Of a stretch of 64,000 bases of DNA, positions 50,939 through 60,389 are shown in pieces (positions within the stretch are counted from its first letter, which is position 1; every line of letters begins with the position of its first letter). Made by a program: the position numbers and the translations under genes. Origin of the DNA: Bacteroidota bacterium (lineage in GTDB: Bacteria > Bacteroidota > Bacteroidia > Flavobacteriales > UBA7312); the NCBI GenBank assembly GCA_036340235.1, contig JAYYZE010000011.1, forward strand, positions 39,492 to 103,491. Reading direction: 5' to 3'. The notes beneath the pieces are model-generated. The model worked only from the letters and a program-made list of their open reading frames with translations. It searched no databases and was not told the origin of the DNA.

Positions 50939-51976
50939 TTAGAGGTCTATTCTGACACCTATAGTGTTCAACAGACCAAAGTGATCGGCTAATCTAAGCG
51001 AATAGTCAAGTCCAAAAGTGGTTTCCCCTGCTAAGGGAAGTTCAACAGTAAATCCAGCAGTAGGACCAGTCAAATCAACGCTACCATTGTTAATCTCATC
51101 TTCGTAAACATAGCCACCCCTAATCATCACTAATTCTTTAAAAGCATACTCAAGACCCAATCGAAATTGGTCATTTTTAAACGAGTTAGAAGTGAACGTT
51201 CCGGCCGTACTTAGTCGATGATTTTCTGGTAACAAAGGTATATCATACGTTACCCCAATATTCAACAGGGATGGTAATTCAAAGGCATCGGTACGTTGCT
51301 CCAAGGTCATTTCATAATCATTAGCTGGAGCATCCCCTCTGAAAGAGAAACCATCACCACTATATAGCATTGTAGGTCCAACGTTTTTTAAAGCAATACC
51401 GAATTTGATATGGTCGTCATTTCCGGTTACGTACTGAATACCTGCATCGATAGCCATTCCTCCTGCTGTTACATCTGATGTTCCTTCTACAATGGCTTTG
51501 AACACAAAGCCACCATAAATACTATTAGAAAACGCTTTTGAGTACGCTAAGTTAATGTTAGTGGCAGAGATTGTATAAGTTCCTAAACCACCATCAGGAA
51601 GTAGCTCTGTTGTTCTCATAATATCGGCGATAGAGATGGAGGTAACCGATAATCCTAAAACCGACGTTTCACTCAATCTTTGAGAAAAACCAAAAGAGTT
51701 GATAGGAATATCCGCAATCCATGACGAACGAGAAAAAATCAGCTCTGTTTTGTCTGTGAATGCTAAACCAGCTACGTTGCTATAAATAGATTCTAGCCCA
51801 CGGACTGAGGCAATGTTTGCACCTCCCCAGCCTGAAGATCGTGCCCAAGGATTGATAAGTAATTGACTGGCACCGGCAGAACCCACACGGTCTGGATTTC
51901 CAGCAGTTGCATTAGTACATAATAATGAACTAAAAAAGACAATCCCAAAGTATTTTAGTGTACGTTTCATTTTCAT
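50939..51976 (-). CDS. PorV/PorQ-family-like outer-membrane beta-barrel protein
   Basis: 345 aa with a signal peptide. GSAGASQLLINPWARSSGWGGANIASVRGLESIYSNVAGLAF resembles the PorV/PorQ N-terminal motif. Later segments are IALKNVGPTMLY and FELPSLLNIGVTYD. It starts 11 nt after the upstream gene ends. Confidence 0.55.
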   Translation of the reverse strand: MKMKRTLKYFGIVFFSSLLCTNATAGNPDRVGSAGASQLLINPWARSSGWGGANIASVRGLESIYSNVAGLAFTDKTELIFSRSSWIADIPINSFGFSQRLSETSVLGLSVTSISIADIMRTTELLPDGGLGTYTISATNINLAYSKAFSNSIYGGFVFKAIVEGTSDVTAGGMAIDAGIQYVTGNDDHIKFGIALKNVGPTMLYSGDGFSFRGDAPANDYEMTLEQRTDAFELPSLLNIGVTYDIPLLPENHRLSTAGTFTSNSFKNDQFRLGLEYAFKELVMIRGGYVYEDEINNGSVDLTGPTAGFTVELPLAGETTFGLDYSLRLADHFGLLNTIGVRIDL

Positions 51977-51987
51977 ACAAAATATAA

Positions 51988-54900
51988 TTAAAAGGTGTCA
52001 AGGTCAATAGGACGTAATACACCAAACCATTTTAAATTTTTCTCTTTTCCAAGACTAGGAACAGTCACATTTATTATGTAAGCTCCACTAGCTATGGGAA
52101 TACCTTTTTGGTTTTTCAAATCCCAATCTAATGTGGCAGATTCTTCACTGTTCTTATTAAGCTGCTTGACCAACGAGCCATCGATTGAATAAATAGACAC
52201 AACGCATTCGTCCGGTAAGTTTGTTAAACGAACACGGTTGTCTAATGGTCCATTTTCGTAGTTTGAATATGCGTAGTATGGATTAGGAACTACATTTATC
52301 AAGTCCATTACCGAATCAACTTGCGCTTCATCAGTCAAAACGCTTGGATCCATACCTCTAGTTGAAAAACGATAATTTGGATAATTGACTTTTTTATATG
52401 ACACTGATAAACTAACAGGTGATGACTGGCTGCCACCACTTACTTTGTCCACATAGTAGATTTTACCTAGGTTGTTTGCTTGGCGCCATTCACCATTTAC
52501 TTTTATTGAATCGGTGGCTGAAATAGAAGTAATTTCATATGCAAACAACTGATCGTAGTTAGTCAAGAAGTCCTTTAAAGCTGTAGCGGTAGTCGAAATG
52601 GTAATGTTATCTGTAGTCACTGTTTGATCAACATCGACGTGCTCACGGTATTCTCTAGAAACATCGATATTTACCGTAACGTCCGACGATAATAATTCAT
52701 ATCCTTTGTTTAGAAGAGGTACCGATACCCACATCATTTCAGTAAAAAAGTTGGCTTTTGAGTTGATAATATTTGACTCTATTCTTTCCTTGGCTGATAC
52801 ACCAGCATCATACACAGATGAATGCACGTAAATAAAGTGTTTACCACCAAGGTAATAACTACCATTAGCCCACGTAGGGATATCAGTCTGTACTCTGGAG
52901 GAAGGATTCCAAATCATGTCATTACCATTGTCTTGCGACAACCATGAATCCTCAGCAAACATGATGTTTAATCGCTGGCCGGTTTCTTTGTTTATAGCAT
53001 AGCCAGGGAACCAGCCCATCCCTGTACCGCTACCATCAGGATTACCGTCCTTATCAACAGATTCTGATGCTCTAAGATCTAACTTTTTAGCACCTCCAAC
53101 CGCAAAGTCGGGGTTATCTTGCGATTCTAAGACCACACAGCGAGACCATTTTGATTTATCACTAGTAAAGACAACCTTGACGCTTTGTAAATTTCTCATA
53201 TCGCTAAACTCTTGTGAATACGGCAGTCCATCATTATAATCACTATTATTATCATAAGCCGGTCCATCTTTATAATAAGACACCAGCTTGTAAGGAGCCC
53301 AAGTACCATTAACAACATCTTCATAGACACCATCTTTATCAAAGAATTTAACGGTTTTAGAAACTACACCTGAAACATTATCTTGTTCTACAATATATTC
53401 ATACCAAACATCAGTAAATGGATTATCTTGATCACCAGCATCAAATGATCCAGAGTGAATCCAGTTTCTACCCCACAAATATGTGCTACTGGTAGTGATA
53501 TCTGGCTCATCTTCATCAATATCTCTTACACCACCCAACCAAGGATTGTATTCATCCTCAAACTCAATGGAAGAAGACACGAACCCATTTTTATTTATCG
53601 TGTATAGCGAGTCACCATCATAATCCCATGTTGAGGCAGGCGATTGCTCAACCTCAATAGAAAAGCCTAAATTTGGAAATAATTGTTGATTACCGAAGCT
53701 AATATTAACGTCGGAGACGTAACTCTCATTAGTACTCAAATTCACTAATTCCCATTTGCTTACGTTCTGATCCAAAACGATGTGTCTTAGGTCATTAGAG
53801 GGGGCATTATAAACCTCTCCATACATCTTGAAAGCAAAATCAGACTGTGTAAGGTGTCTAGGATCTATGACTTTGACATCAATTGGACCAAATCCTGGCT
53901 CGTACATTGGTTCTTCTGAGGAATGGTTCTGAGCGGTTAAAATTTCGTTTTCCGTTTCCTCTGTTAATCGCAACTCAAAGCCTCCATTACCTAAGCCAAG
54001 AATTCGTTTAATCTCAACACCATCACCAATATCTGCATTGTAGATAGTGGTAAATGGTTTGTGTGGAATACCTGAATATACTTTAATATTTTTACGACCT
54101 GCCTTGTAGGGCTTTTGTTGACCGTCTAATTTGTCAGGATTACTGGGGTCATAGTCTTTGTATTGGTTGTAGCCATAAGCCACAGCCATAAAGTAGTAGG
54201 TTTTATTGTTTACCAACTTTTTATCACCAATGGCAAATTTATCCTCAGTAATACTGACTGAATGAGAAATACCCTCATTAGAAGCAGATACTTCTAAAGA
54301 GGGAACATTGGCTCCAATGGCTGCGTCAAAATCGTAATTGACTAAGCTTTCTACTTCATCCAATATATCGCTCTGGTGTACCAATCGGGCCAAATCAGGA
54401 TTTTCTAAATCTGTTACACTAACCGATGGTGATGCCAATTGGTACAATTGATAGCCTTGGAATCGATAAAAGGGGTCCCAAGATTCACCGGGTGGAGAAA
54501 TAATTAAAGGGTCGAATTCAACATAACCTTCTAAAAAGTTATTAGATGTGGACCCGTTTGATAGATTTAATACAAGTTCTCTATCTAGCTCTATGATTTC
54601 AACATCAGGAGCATCTGGTCCGTTTAATACTTTAAAGCAATTATCAAACAAGGCCTGGGCTTTATCATCAGCTAGTCGAATTAACTCAATAGACGCTAAA
54701 TTATCACCCGAGGTAGCTCTCGCCCATATTACACCTGTAGTAATTCGGTTGACAGCTCCAGGCTCCAAAGTGAATGGCCCGGCCGATTGAAGAAATCGAC
54801 GGTCATCAGGTGAATTACCCGCATTGTCCTCGGTCCATCCATCAGGATCATCCCAATTATCAGAAGTTATAGCACCGTCAGTACCCCATCCGTAGGGGTC

Positions 54901-56172
54901 AGTATCACCAGGGAACATAAATTTTGCTGGTGTTGATCCACCACGTCCATCGCCACCATAAGTAATTTCCAATCCGTCTTTCCAGCGACCTCTTAGGTAA
55001 TTATAAACGTGTTGACCATTTTCTGGATTACCTTGGACTGAGAAATCATTGTTGTAATACACAAAACGCGACATAATTGCTTGCTCACCAGGCTCATCGA
55101 TAATACTGTCTCTATCATTGTCAATACCATCGTCAGGATCAGCTAGGGGGCCTTGAAAAAAGTCAACTCCAATAGCAGGGGGGGTTAGGCCATAACCACT
55201 TCCACCTTCATCTTCATCATCGCCATTGTAGCAATAGCCAAATCCACGAGCCACATCACACCCTACGTAATCGTCTAAATAATTTCCAAGATCTGGGTCA
55301 ACCCATTGCCCAAAGTAGGCGTCCTTTAACTGAGTAGTGGCTCGGTTGATAATCTTATAGTTGTAAAAGGTCATGTCGTTAATTTCGTCATTAGTGGCAA
55401 AAGCAAAGGCTTGTGCTCTGACTTCGATTCCAATAGGATCGGCAGAGGTTTCGGAATGAATATTTCCTTTATCATTAAACACCCAGTAAAGGGTTTGATC
55501 ACCGTAAATAAGATCGTCTTCGTTGCAATCTTGGTTACCATCGATATCATATCTTGGGTAATCACCATCAGCGGGGTCGTACTCACCATCGTCATTGGCG
55601 TCGTAGTAAGGTGCTAAAAACTGGTAGTCACCATCGATTCCGTTCCCTGGCCAGTTAAGAATGGACAAAGGAACTGAATAGTCAGGATAGGCCGCGTTAT
55701 CATTATACCATGCAATAAACTCATCAACCTCTTGGCGAGTAATCACAAAGTGCTTGTCATAGTCTGCACAAGTTTCGGCATCAATCTCACCAGCGGCATC
55801 CAAAGGCCCGGTCCAGAAGTCATTTCCTGTTTGACGGTAGGTCATAGCTGCCGCCTTTAGTTGTTCACCGGCATCGATACCAGCAATCCAAAGTGCGCCA
55901 GCAAACATGGAATGCTTATTGCTGTTTTTTGGAATTTCATAACGGCCATCATTTAAATTCCACCACATATCGGCAGCCCCCATAATAGTCGTTCGAACAT
56001 TGTTGATATTTAAATCGGTCTTTACTTGTGATGGGGTACAGTCTGAGGCTACTCTTGCCAAACTGGACTGGGTAGTAGCATTAGATGTCATACCCACGTT
56101 TTCTTTGGCAATAAGTGCTACAGAAAAGACACTAAATAAAACGGCTAAATATATCTTCTTCATTTTCATCAT
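51988..56172 (-). CDS. 1394-aa secreted protein with Asp-rich Ca-loop motifs and a T9SS-CTD/FlgD-Ig-like C-terminal domain, otherwise uncharacterized
   Basis: Signal peptide without a lipobox Cys (MMKMKKIYLAVLFSVFSVALIAKE). Asp-rich loops DANDDGEYDPADGDYPRYDIDGNQDCNEDD and DPDDGIDNDRDSIIDEPGE. C-terminus is VVPNPYYAYSNYE...RVRLTNLPDECVVSIYSIDGSLVKQL...DWDLKNQKGIPIASGAYIINV...WFGVLRPIDLDTF. Confidence 0.6.
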   Translation of the reverse strand: MMKMKKIYLAVLFSVFSVALIAKENVGMTSNATTQSSLARVASDCTPSQVKTDLNINNVRTTIMGAADMWWNLNDGRYEIPKNSNKHSMFAGALWIAGIDAGEQLKAAAMTYRQTGNDFWTGPLDAAGEIDAETCADYDKHFVITRQEVDEFIAWYNDNAAYPDYSVPLSILNWPGNGIDGDYQFLAPYYDANDDGEYDPADGDYPRYDIDGNQDCNEDDLIYGDQTLYWVFNDKGNIHSETSADPIGIEVRAQAFAFATNDEINDMTFYNYKIINRATTQLKDAYFGQWVDPDLGNYLDDYVGCDVARGFGYCYNGDDEDEGGSGYGLTPPAIGVDFFQGPLADPDDGIDNDRDSIIDEPGEQAIMSRFVYYNNDFSVQGNPENGQHVYNYLRGRWKDGLEITYGGDGRGGSTPAKFMFPGDTDPYGWGTDGAITSDNWDDPDGWTEDNAGNSPDDRRFLQSAGPFTLEPGAVNRITTGVIWARATSGDNLASIELIRLADDKAQALFDNCFKVLNGPDAPDVEIIELDRELVLNLSNGSTSNNFLEGYVEFDPLIISPPGESWDPFYRFQGYQLYQLASPSVSVTDLENPDLARLVHQSDILDEVESLVNYDFDAAIGANVPSLEVSASNEGISHSVSITEDKFAIGDKKLVNNKTYYFMAVAYGYNQYKDYDPSNPDKLDGQQKPYKAGRKNIKVYSGIPHKPFTTIYNADIGDGVEIKRILGLGNGGFELRLTEETENEILTAQNHSSEEPMYEPGFGPIDVKVIDPRHLTQSDFAFKMYGEVYNAPSNDLRHIVLDQNVSKWELVNLSTNESYVSDVNISFGNQQLFPNLGFSIEVEQSPASTWDYDGDSLYTINKNGFVSSSIEFEDEYNPWLGGVRDIDEDEPDITTSSTYLWGRNWIHSGSFDAGDQDNPFTDVWYEYIVEQDNVSGVVSKTVKFFDKDGVYEDVVNGTWAPYKLVSYYKDGPAYDNNSDYNDGLPYSQEFSDMRNLQSVKVVFTSDKSKWSRCVVLESQDNPDFAVGGAKKLDLRASESVDKDGNPDGSGTGMGWFPGYAINKETGQRLNIMFAEDSWLSQDNGNDMIWNPSSRVQTDIPTWANGSYYLGGKHFIYVHSSVYDAGVSAKERIESNIINSKANFFTEMMWVSVPLLNKGYELLSSDVTVNIDVSREYREHVDVDQTVTTDNITISTTATALKDFLTNYDQLFAYEITSISATDSIKVNGEWRQANNLGKIYYVDKVSGGSQSSPVSLSVSYKKVNYPNYRFSTRGMDPSVLTDEAQVDSVMDLINVVPNPYYAYSNYENGPLDNRVRLTNLPDECVVSIYSIDGSLVKQLNKNSEESATLDWDLKNQKGIPIASGAYIINVTVPSLGKEKNLKWFGVLRPIDLDTF

Positions 56173-56182
56173 TAATTATTGA

Positions 56183-59100
56183 CTAAAAGTTAATTTCTAC
56201 ACCCAATCGAGTAAGTCTAGGCAAACTATAGTTAAATGGACTGTTTATTTTCATTGAATACATATCTCTGAACGATTGCGGATCATTTTGCGATTCAATG
56301 TCGGTTTGGGCTGACGCACTACTTAAGTAGCCATCGTCATCGGGATTACCCGTGGCTCTGTACACAGAACGAACGTTTTGGGTATTGAGTAGGTTTTGAA
56401 CTTGAAGATAAACATTAAAACCGAGCTTGCGTTTGTTATCAAGTTCACCCACGTCAATGGTAAATCGCTTGTTAATCTTTGTGTTGATACGAACTGTCCA
56501 AGGCAATCTTGAACCATTAATACTGCCTTCTAACACAGATCGATCATTAATACCAAAAGCAGCTTCCTGAGTAATATTTGATTGTTTAGAGTAAGGAGTT
56601 CCTGATCCAGCAATTATTACAAAGTTAGCACCAGCGTTGGCAAATACTTGCTTACCAAACCAAACAGGACCCTTGTAATCTTTTCCACTAGCGTAGCGGT
56701 AATCCATACTTACATTGAAGGCGTGTCTTTGATCGTAGCTAAGAGGTACGGTTGTTCTCAAATTTGGCTGACCGGTATTAACTAAACTGAAACCAGATGT
56801 AGAGGATGAACCCGTTCCATCAGCAAATTGCAGAGTGTAATTGGCCGACATACTAACATTGCCACTTCTTCTCAAATCGTAGGTTGCTGATAATCCTTTA
56901 ACAGTTCCAAAATCAATATTATCATAGGTTAAATAGGAAACAGGATAAGCATAATTAGTCTTTACAATCTGAATCATATCTCTCAATTCACGATAAAAAG
57001 CAGATATAGTCAATGATGATTTTAAATTTAATGTCTGAGCAAATCCCAATTCAAAATCAACTGTTTTTTCTGATTTAAGATTAGGGTTATTAATTAATGC
57101 ACCTACTCGATCTTCAATATATAAATAATCGATTGGCTCTATACGATTACCCGAAGGAGGACGCTGAGTGATGACGTCATAGTGAGCAAAAAACTGAGCC
57201 TCATCAGAAATGGGAAAAGAAAAAGATATACGCGGCGAAAAGGTGGTTTGCGGCTCATAGTCAGAAAAAACCGGTATGCTGTCTTCCGTACTAACCAAAT
57301 AAGGGGTAATTTGACCTGAGGTGGTAGCTTGCGCTAGTCCTATGGGGTCAACAATCAATTCTCCATTTTGATCATACCAATCTCTACCATTTCTATATCC
57401 CACGATTTCGGTTGGATTTTCCAAGTCATTGACATAAACGACGTAATCGTCACCAATACCATTGGGTCGTTGATAGTTGGGGTCAGTTAAAAGATCGGCA
57501 TTTGAGCCTGCCGTGTAAGACTGATAAAGACAATACTCATCGGCTAACACTGATTGATTGGCATCAAAACGATCCACGCGTAATCCTATGTTGAAAATCA
57601 AATCGTCAAAAGCAAATTTATCTTGAATGTAACCAGCCGTATATATTGGTTCATAAGCGCCTATGTTTCTAGAATAATCATCCACTTCACCATCCCCATC
57701 TCTATCTATTCTTTCAAAGAAGAAATCATTAATTGAAGCTGAAGAGGTTAACTTGTTTCCTTTATAATCATAGCCGTAGTAGCTTACCAATCCATTTTGA
57801 TTAAGCTCATCAGCACTAAACATGTCGATAGACAAAGCGTCTGGGTTGTACGAATCTATATCTACGTACTCTATTTCACCTATATTGAACTTCTCTCTCA
57901 GGCTCCAGTCAAATCGACTTTGAGACTCTTTTTTATTTAAACGGTCATAATAGATAGTGTCAAAAGTCCCGTTTTCAATGATGTAAGGGTTTGCTAAATC
58001 CAACTCCTGAATGTGGAAATTGGTTAATTGCCTGGCCAATCCCCAAAGGCCAACAGGAGCTGTAAACCAACTTCTGTCTGTTCGTTTTTCGTATTCAAAA
58101 CCAAACTGTATGGCATGATCTTGTATGTCGGCAGATCCAGTGGCCTTCATAGAAAACTGTTCGAGCTCTTGCACCCCATATGAACCGTATTGATCCCCGT
58201 AGTTGTAATATAATGAATATACATTGATTGGGCCATCCCCATTACGAAGACCCAATCCTGCAAGATCATTAAATGTTCTAATAATTCCATTTTGATTACT
58301 TCCACCAAAAGACAAACTAGGTAGTTCATTTTCTTTGAACAAATCATAATACTGCTGAGTGTAAGCTGCCAAATCAGGGTTAGAAGAATTACTTCCATCA
58401 AAGGAAAGCAAGGTATCTATATAGGCACCGTGGATAAATCCAGTTCGTCCGCTAGCTGTATCTTCACCGAAAAAGAAGAATTTGTCTTGGTAGGTTTCAA
58501 ACTTACCAACGTGACCATATCTAAAGAGCTTATCTCCATGGTTGGGGTTTCGTCTTTCAAAGCTATTCCTTGTGTAGTCCGCAGAAATAGAGTAAAATGC
58601 GTTTTTAATGTTAGATGCTGATTCTTCATCGCCTTCTTGTGCACCAAAACGTTGGGTAAACTTACCATAAACGCGCCATGTGTTTGACTCCTCCTCTGGG
58701 TTATTATCCCAATTCAATAGTGAATAGGTATATATAAAGGGTCTATTGACAGTATGATTGATTGCACCACCTATTGTTAGATTAGTTTTAAGAGTGGGTT
58801 TAAAATCAATTTTACCTGACATACTAAATCCTTTGTTCGTAGCATTTTGTTTAGCTTGAACATTCTCAAAATCGTCTGCCCTAAGAAAGGTAGCGTTACT
58901 TAGTAAGCCTACAGTGGAAGACTGTTGGTTTGGCACCGCCACAAATAAATTTTCTTTGAGATTTTCTAGTCTGTCGTCTTTAATTTTCCAAATACCAACG
59001 GCAGATGGGTTATTGTCCCCGATTAGTCGGCCTTCACCAGCCAAGAAATACCCCATAATAGCGCGGCCTTTTGAGCCGTCATCTTTGATTTCTTTGTAAA

Positions 59101-59866
59101 TAGGCCCTGACAAGCTAAAACCAACAAGACCATAGTTGTAATCATCAAACAAATGAGAACTAACTACTTCAGCTCCACCAAAAAGTTGATTGGAAGGGCC
59201 TTTAGAAGTAACACTAATAATACCACCCGTTGCATCACCATACATGGCCGACAAGCCACTGGACATTACGGTGATTTGCTCAATAGCACTCTGTGGCAAA
59301 GCTAAACTTCCTCTTACTTTTATACCATCAACGTAATAGTCTGTTGCTTCAGACCTCGATCCTCTAACATTTATAGATGAATTTTCGTCAGCTTGATAAA
59401 CCCCAGCCGCTGTAGCAGCCACTGACGCAACACTTCTTGTTGGCATGGCTTTGATTTCTTCACTAGTTACTGTTTTACCACCTAAGTTATCCGGATCTAA
59501 AAGGGGTTTTTCATCTTTAATAACTACCTCCTCTATGTCTATACCCTCAGAAATTTGCACATCTCTGAAGGTAATTTTATTAGAAGATACCACAATCCCT
59601 TCTAGTGTCACCTGTCCATAACCAACGAAAGAAACTGTTAAGTCATAAGTGCCAGGGTCAAGTGGTTTGATAGTATATTCACCGTCAAAATTGGTAGTCA
59701 CACCAGCAACTTGATTACCGTTTTTGTTGGCGATAACGTTAGCAAATGGCACTGGCTCACCAGTGTTTTTATCCGTAATCTTACCTTCTAATGAACCTGA
59801 TTGACCGAAAGTTGTTGTAGCAGAAAAAATTAATAAAACTACAAGTGAATATAAGTTATTTAGCAT
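56183..59866 (-). CDS. giant (1227 aa) TonB-dependent-receptor-like outer-membrane protein with CarboxypepD_reg domain and no SusD partner
   Basis: Signal peptide, then a CarboxypepD_reg-like domain (LEGKITDKNTGEPVPFANVIA...GTYDLTVSFVGY). The plug reads INVRGSRSEATDYYVDGIKV...AMYGDATGGIISVTSKGP. A long barrel ends RLGVEINF. Confidence 0.8.
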   Translation of the reverse strand: MLNNLYSLVVLLIFSATTTFGQSGSLEGKITDKNTGEPVPFANVIANKNGNQVAGVTTNFDGEYTIKPLDPGTYDLTVSFVGYGQVTLEGIVVSSNKITFRDVQISEGIDIEEVVIKDEKPLLDPDNLGGKTVTSEEIKAMPTRSVASVAATAAGVYQADENSSINVRGSRSEATDYYVDGIKVRGSLALPQSAIEQITVMSSGLSAMYGDATGGIISVTSKGPSNQLFGGAEVVSSHLFDDYNYGLVGFSLSGPIYKEIKDDGSKGRAIMGYFLAGEGRLIGDNNPSAVGIWKIKDDRLENLKENLFVAVPNQQSSTVGLLSNATFLRADDFENVQAKQNATNKGFSMSGKIDFKPTLKTNLTIGGAINHTVNRPFIYTYSLLNWDNNPEEESNTWRVYGKFTQRFGAQEGDEESASNIKNAFYSISADYTRNSFERRNPNHGDKLFRYGHVGKFETYQDKFFFFGEDTASGRTGFIHGAYIDTLLSFDGSNSSNPDLAAYTQQYYDLFKENELPSLSFGGSNQNGIIRTFNDLAGLGLRNGDGPINVYSLYYNYGDQYGSYGVQELEQFSMKATGSADIQDHAIQFGFEYEKRTDRSWFTAPVGLWGLARQLTNFHIQELDLANPYIIENGTFDTIYYDRLNKKESQSRFDWSLREKFNIGEIEYVDIDSYNPDALSIDMFSADELNQNGLVSYYGYDYKGNKLTSSASINDFFFERIDRDGDGEVDDYSRNIGAYEPIYTAGYIQDKFAFDDLIFNIGLRVDRFDANQSVLADEYCLYQSYTAGSNADLLTDPNYQRPNGIGDDYVVYVNDLENPTEIVGYRNGRDWYDQNGELIVDPIGLAQATTSGQITPYLVSTEDSIPVFSDYEPQTTFSPRISFSFPISDEAQFFAHYDVITQRPPSGNRIEPIDYLYIEDRVGALINNPNLKSEKTVDFELGFAQTLNLKSSLTISAFYRELRDMIQIVKTNYAYPVSYLTYDNIDFGTVKGLSATYDLRRSGNVSMSANYTLQFADGTGSSSTSGFSLVNTGQPNLRTTVPLSYDQRHAFNVSMDYRYASGKDYKGPVWFGKQVFANAGANFVIIAGSGTPYSKQSNITQEAAFGINDRSVLEGSINGSRLPWTVRINTKINKRFTIDVGELDNKRKLGFNVYLQVQNLLNTQNVRSVYRATGNPDDDGYLSSASAQTDIESQNDPQSFRDMYSMKINSPFNYSLPRLTRLGVEINF

Positions 59867-59978
59867 AGTACAAATTCTGTTATATAGCTCTTAAAGAGCG
59901 TAAATGTATGAATTATATAAAAAATATTTAACGTTTTGTTAAAAAAATTGTAATCTTACGAATTGAACTAACTTTCTG

Positions 59979-60389
59979 ATGAAATATTTTGGTTACATTC
60001 TGTTATTGTTGACCTTGTTTACAAACTGTAACAAAGAAAACACACCCATTCCTGATGTATCCGTTAACTTCAGAATACAGGCATCTGAAATTGGCGGTAT
60101 TGGATCGGCTATTTACACCTCTACCAACTATGGAATTAGAGGAATAATCATTTACCATAAATACAACAATGAATATGTCGCATATGAAAGAACCTGTAGT
60201 TATAGACCCTCTGATGATTGCGCAATTGTAGAAATAGACGATTTAGTTAATCCAACTTTTTTGATTGACAGCTGTTGTTCTTCAAGGTTTCTACTAGAGG
60301 ATGGAACACCATTTGACGGACCAGCATTATTGCCTCTCAAGCAATACAACACTTATTTTGATGGCACATATATACATATAAGTAATTAA
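59979..60389 (+). CDS. small lipoprotein with degenerate Rieske-like fold (no His ligands)
   Basis: 136 aa with the lipobox-like LTLFTNC. The C-terminal half YERTCSYRPSDDCAIVEI...IDSCCSSRFLLEDGTPFDGPALLPLKQY parallels the Rieske boxes CxH...C and CxCHGSxF...G....GPA..PL..Y, but with Tyr and Cys in place of the two His. Confidence 0.5.
   Translation: MKYFGYILLLLTLFTNCNKENTPIPDVSVNFRIQASEIGGIGSAIYTSTNYGIRGIIIYHKYNNEYVAYERTCSYRPSDDCAIVEIDDLVNPTFLIDSCCSSRFLLEDGTPFDGPALLPLKQYNTYFDGTYIHISN

Noticed and set aside
55371-58668. Same-strand nested ORFs inside the two giant genes (55371-55595, 56323-56517, 58147-58401, 58417-58668) and inside the TPR gene (35854-36078), considered as possible overlapping genes.
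   Set aside because: They are out-of-frame, have biased His/Met/Thr/Leu-rich composition with no domain pattern, and the host genes are continuous. No start context supports them.
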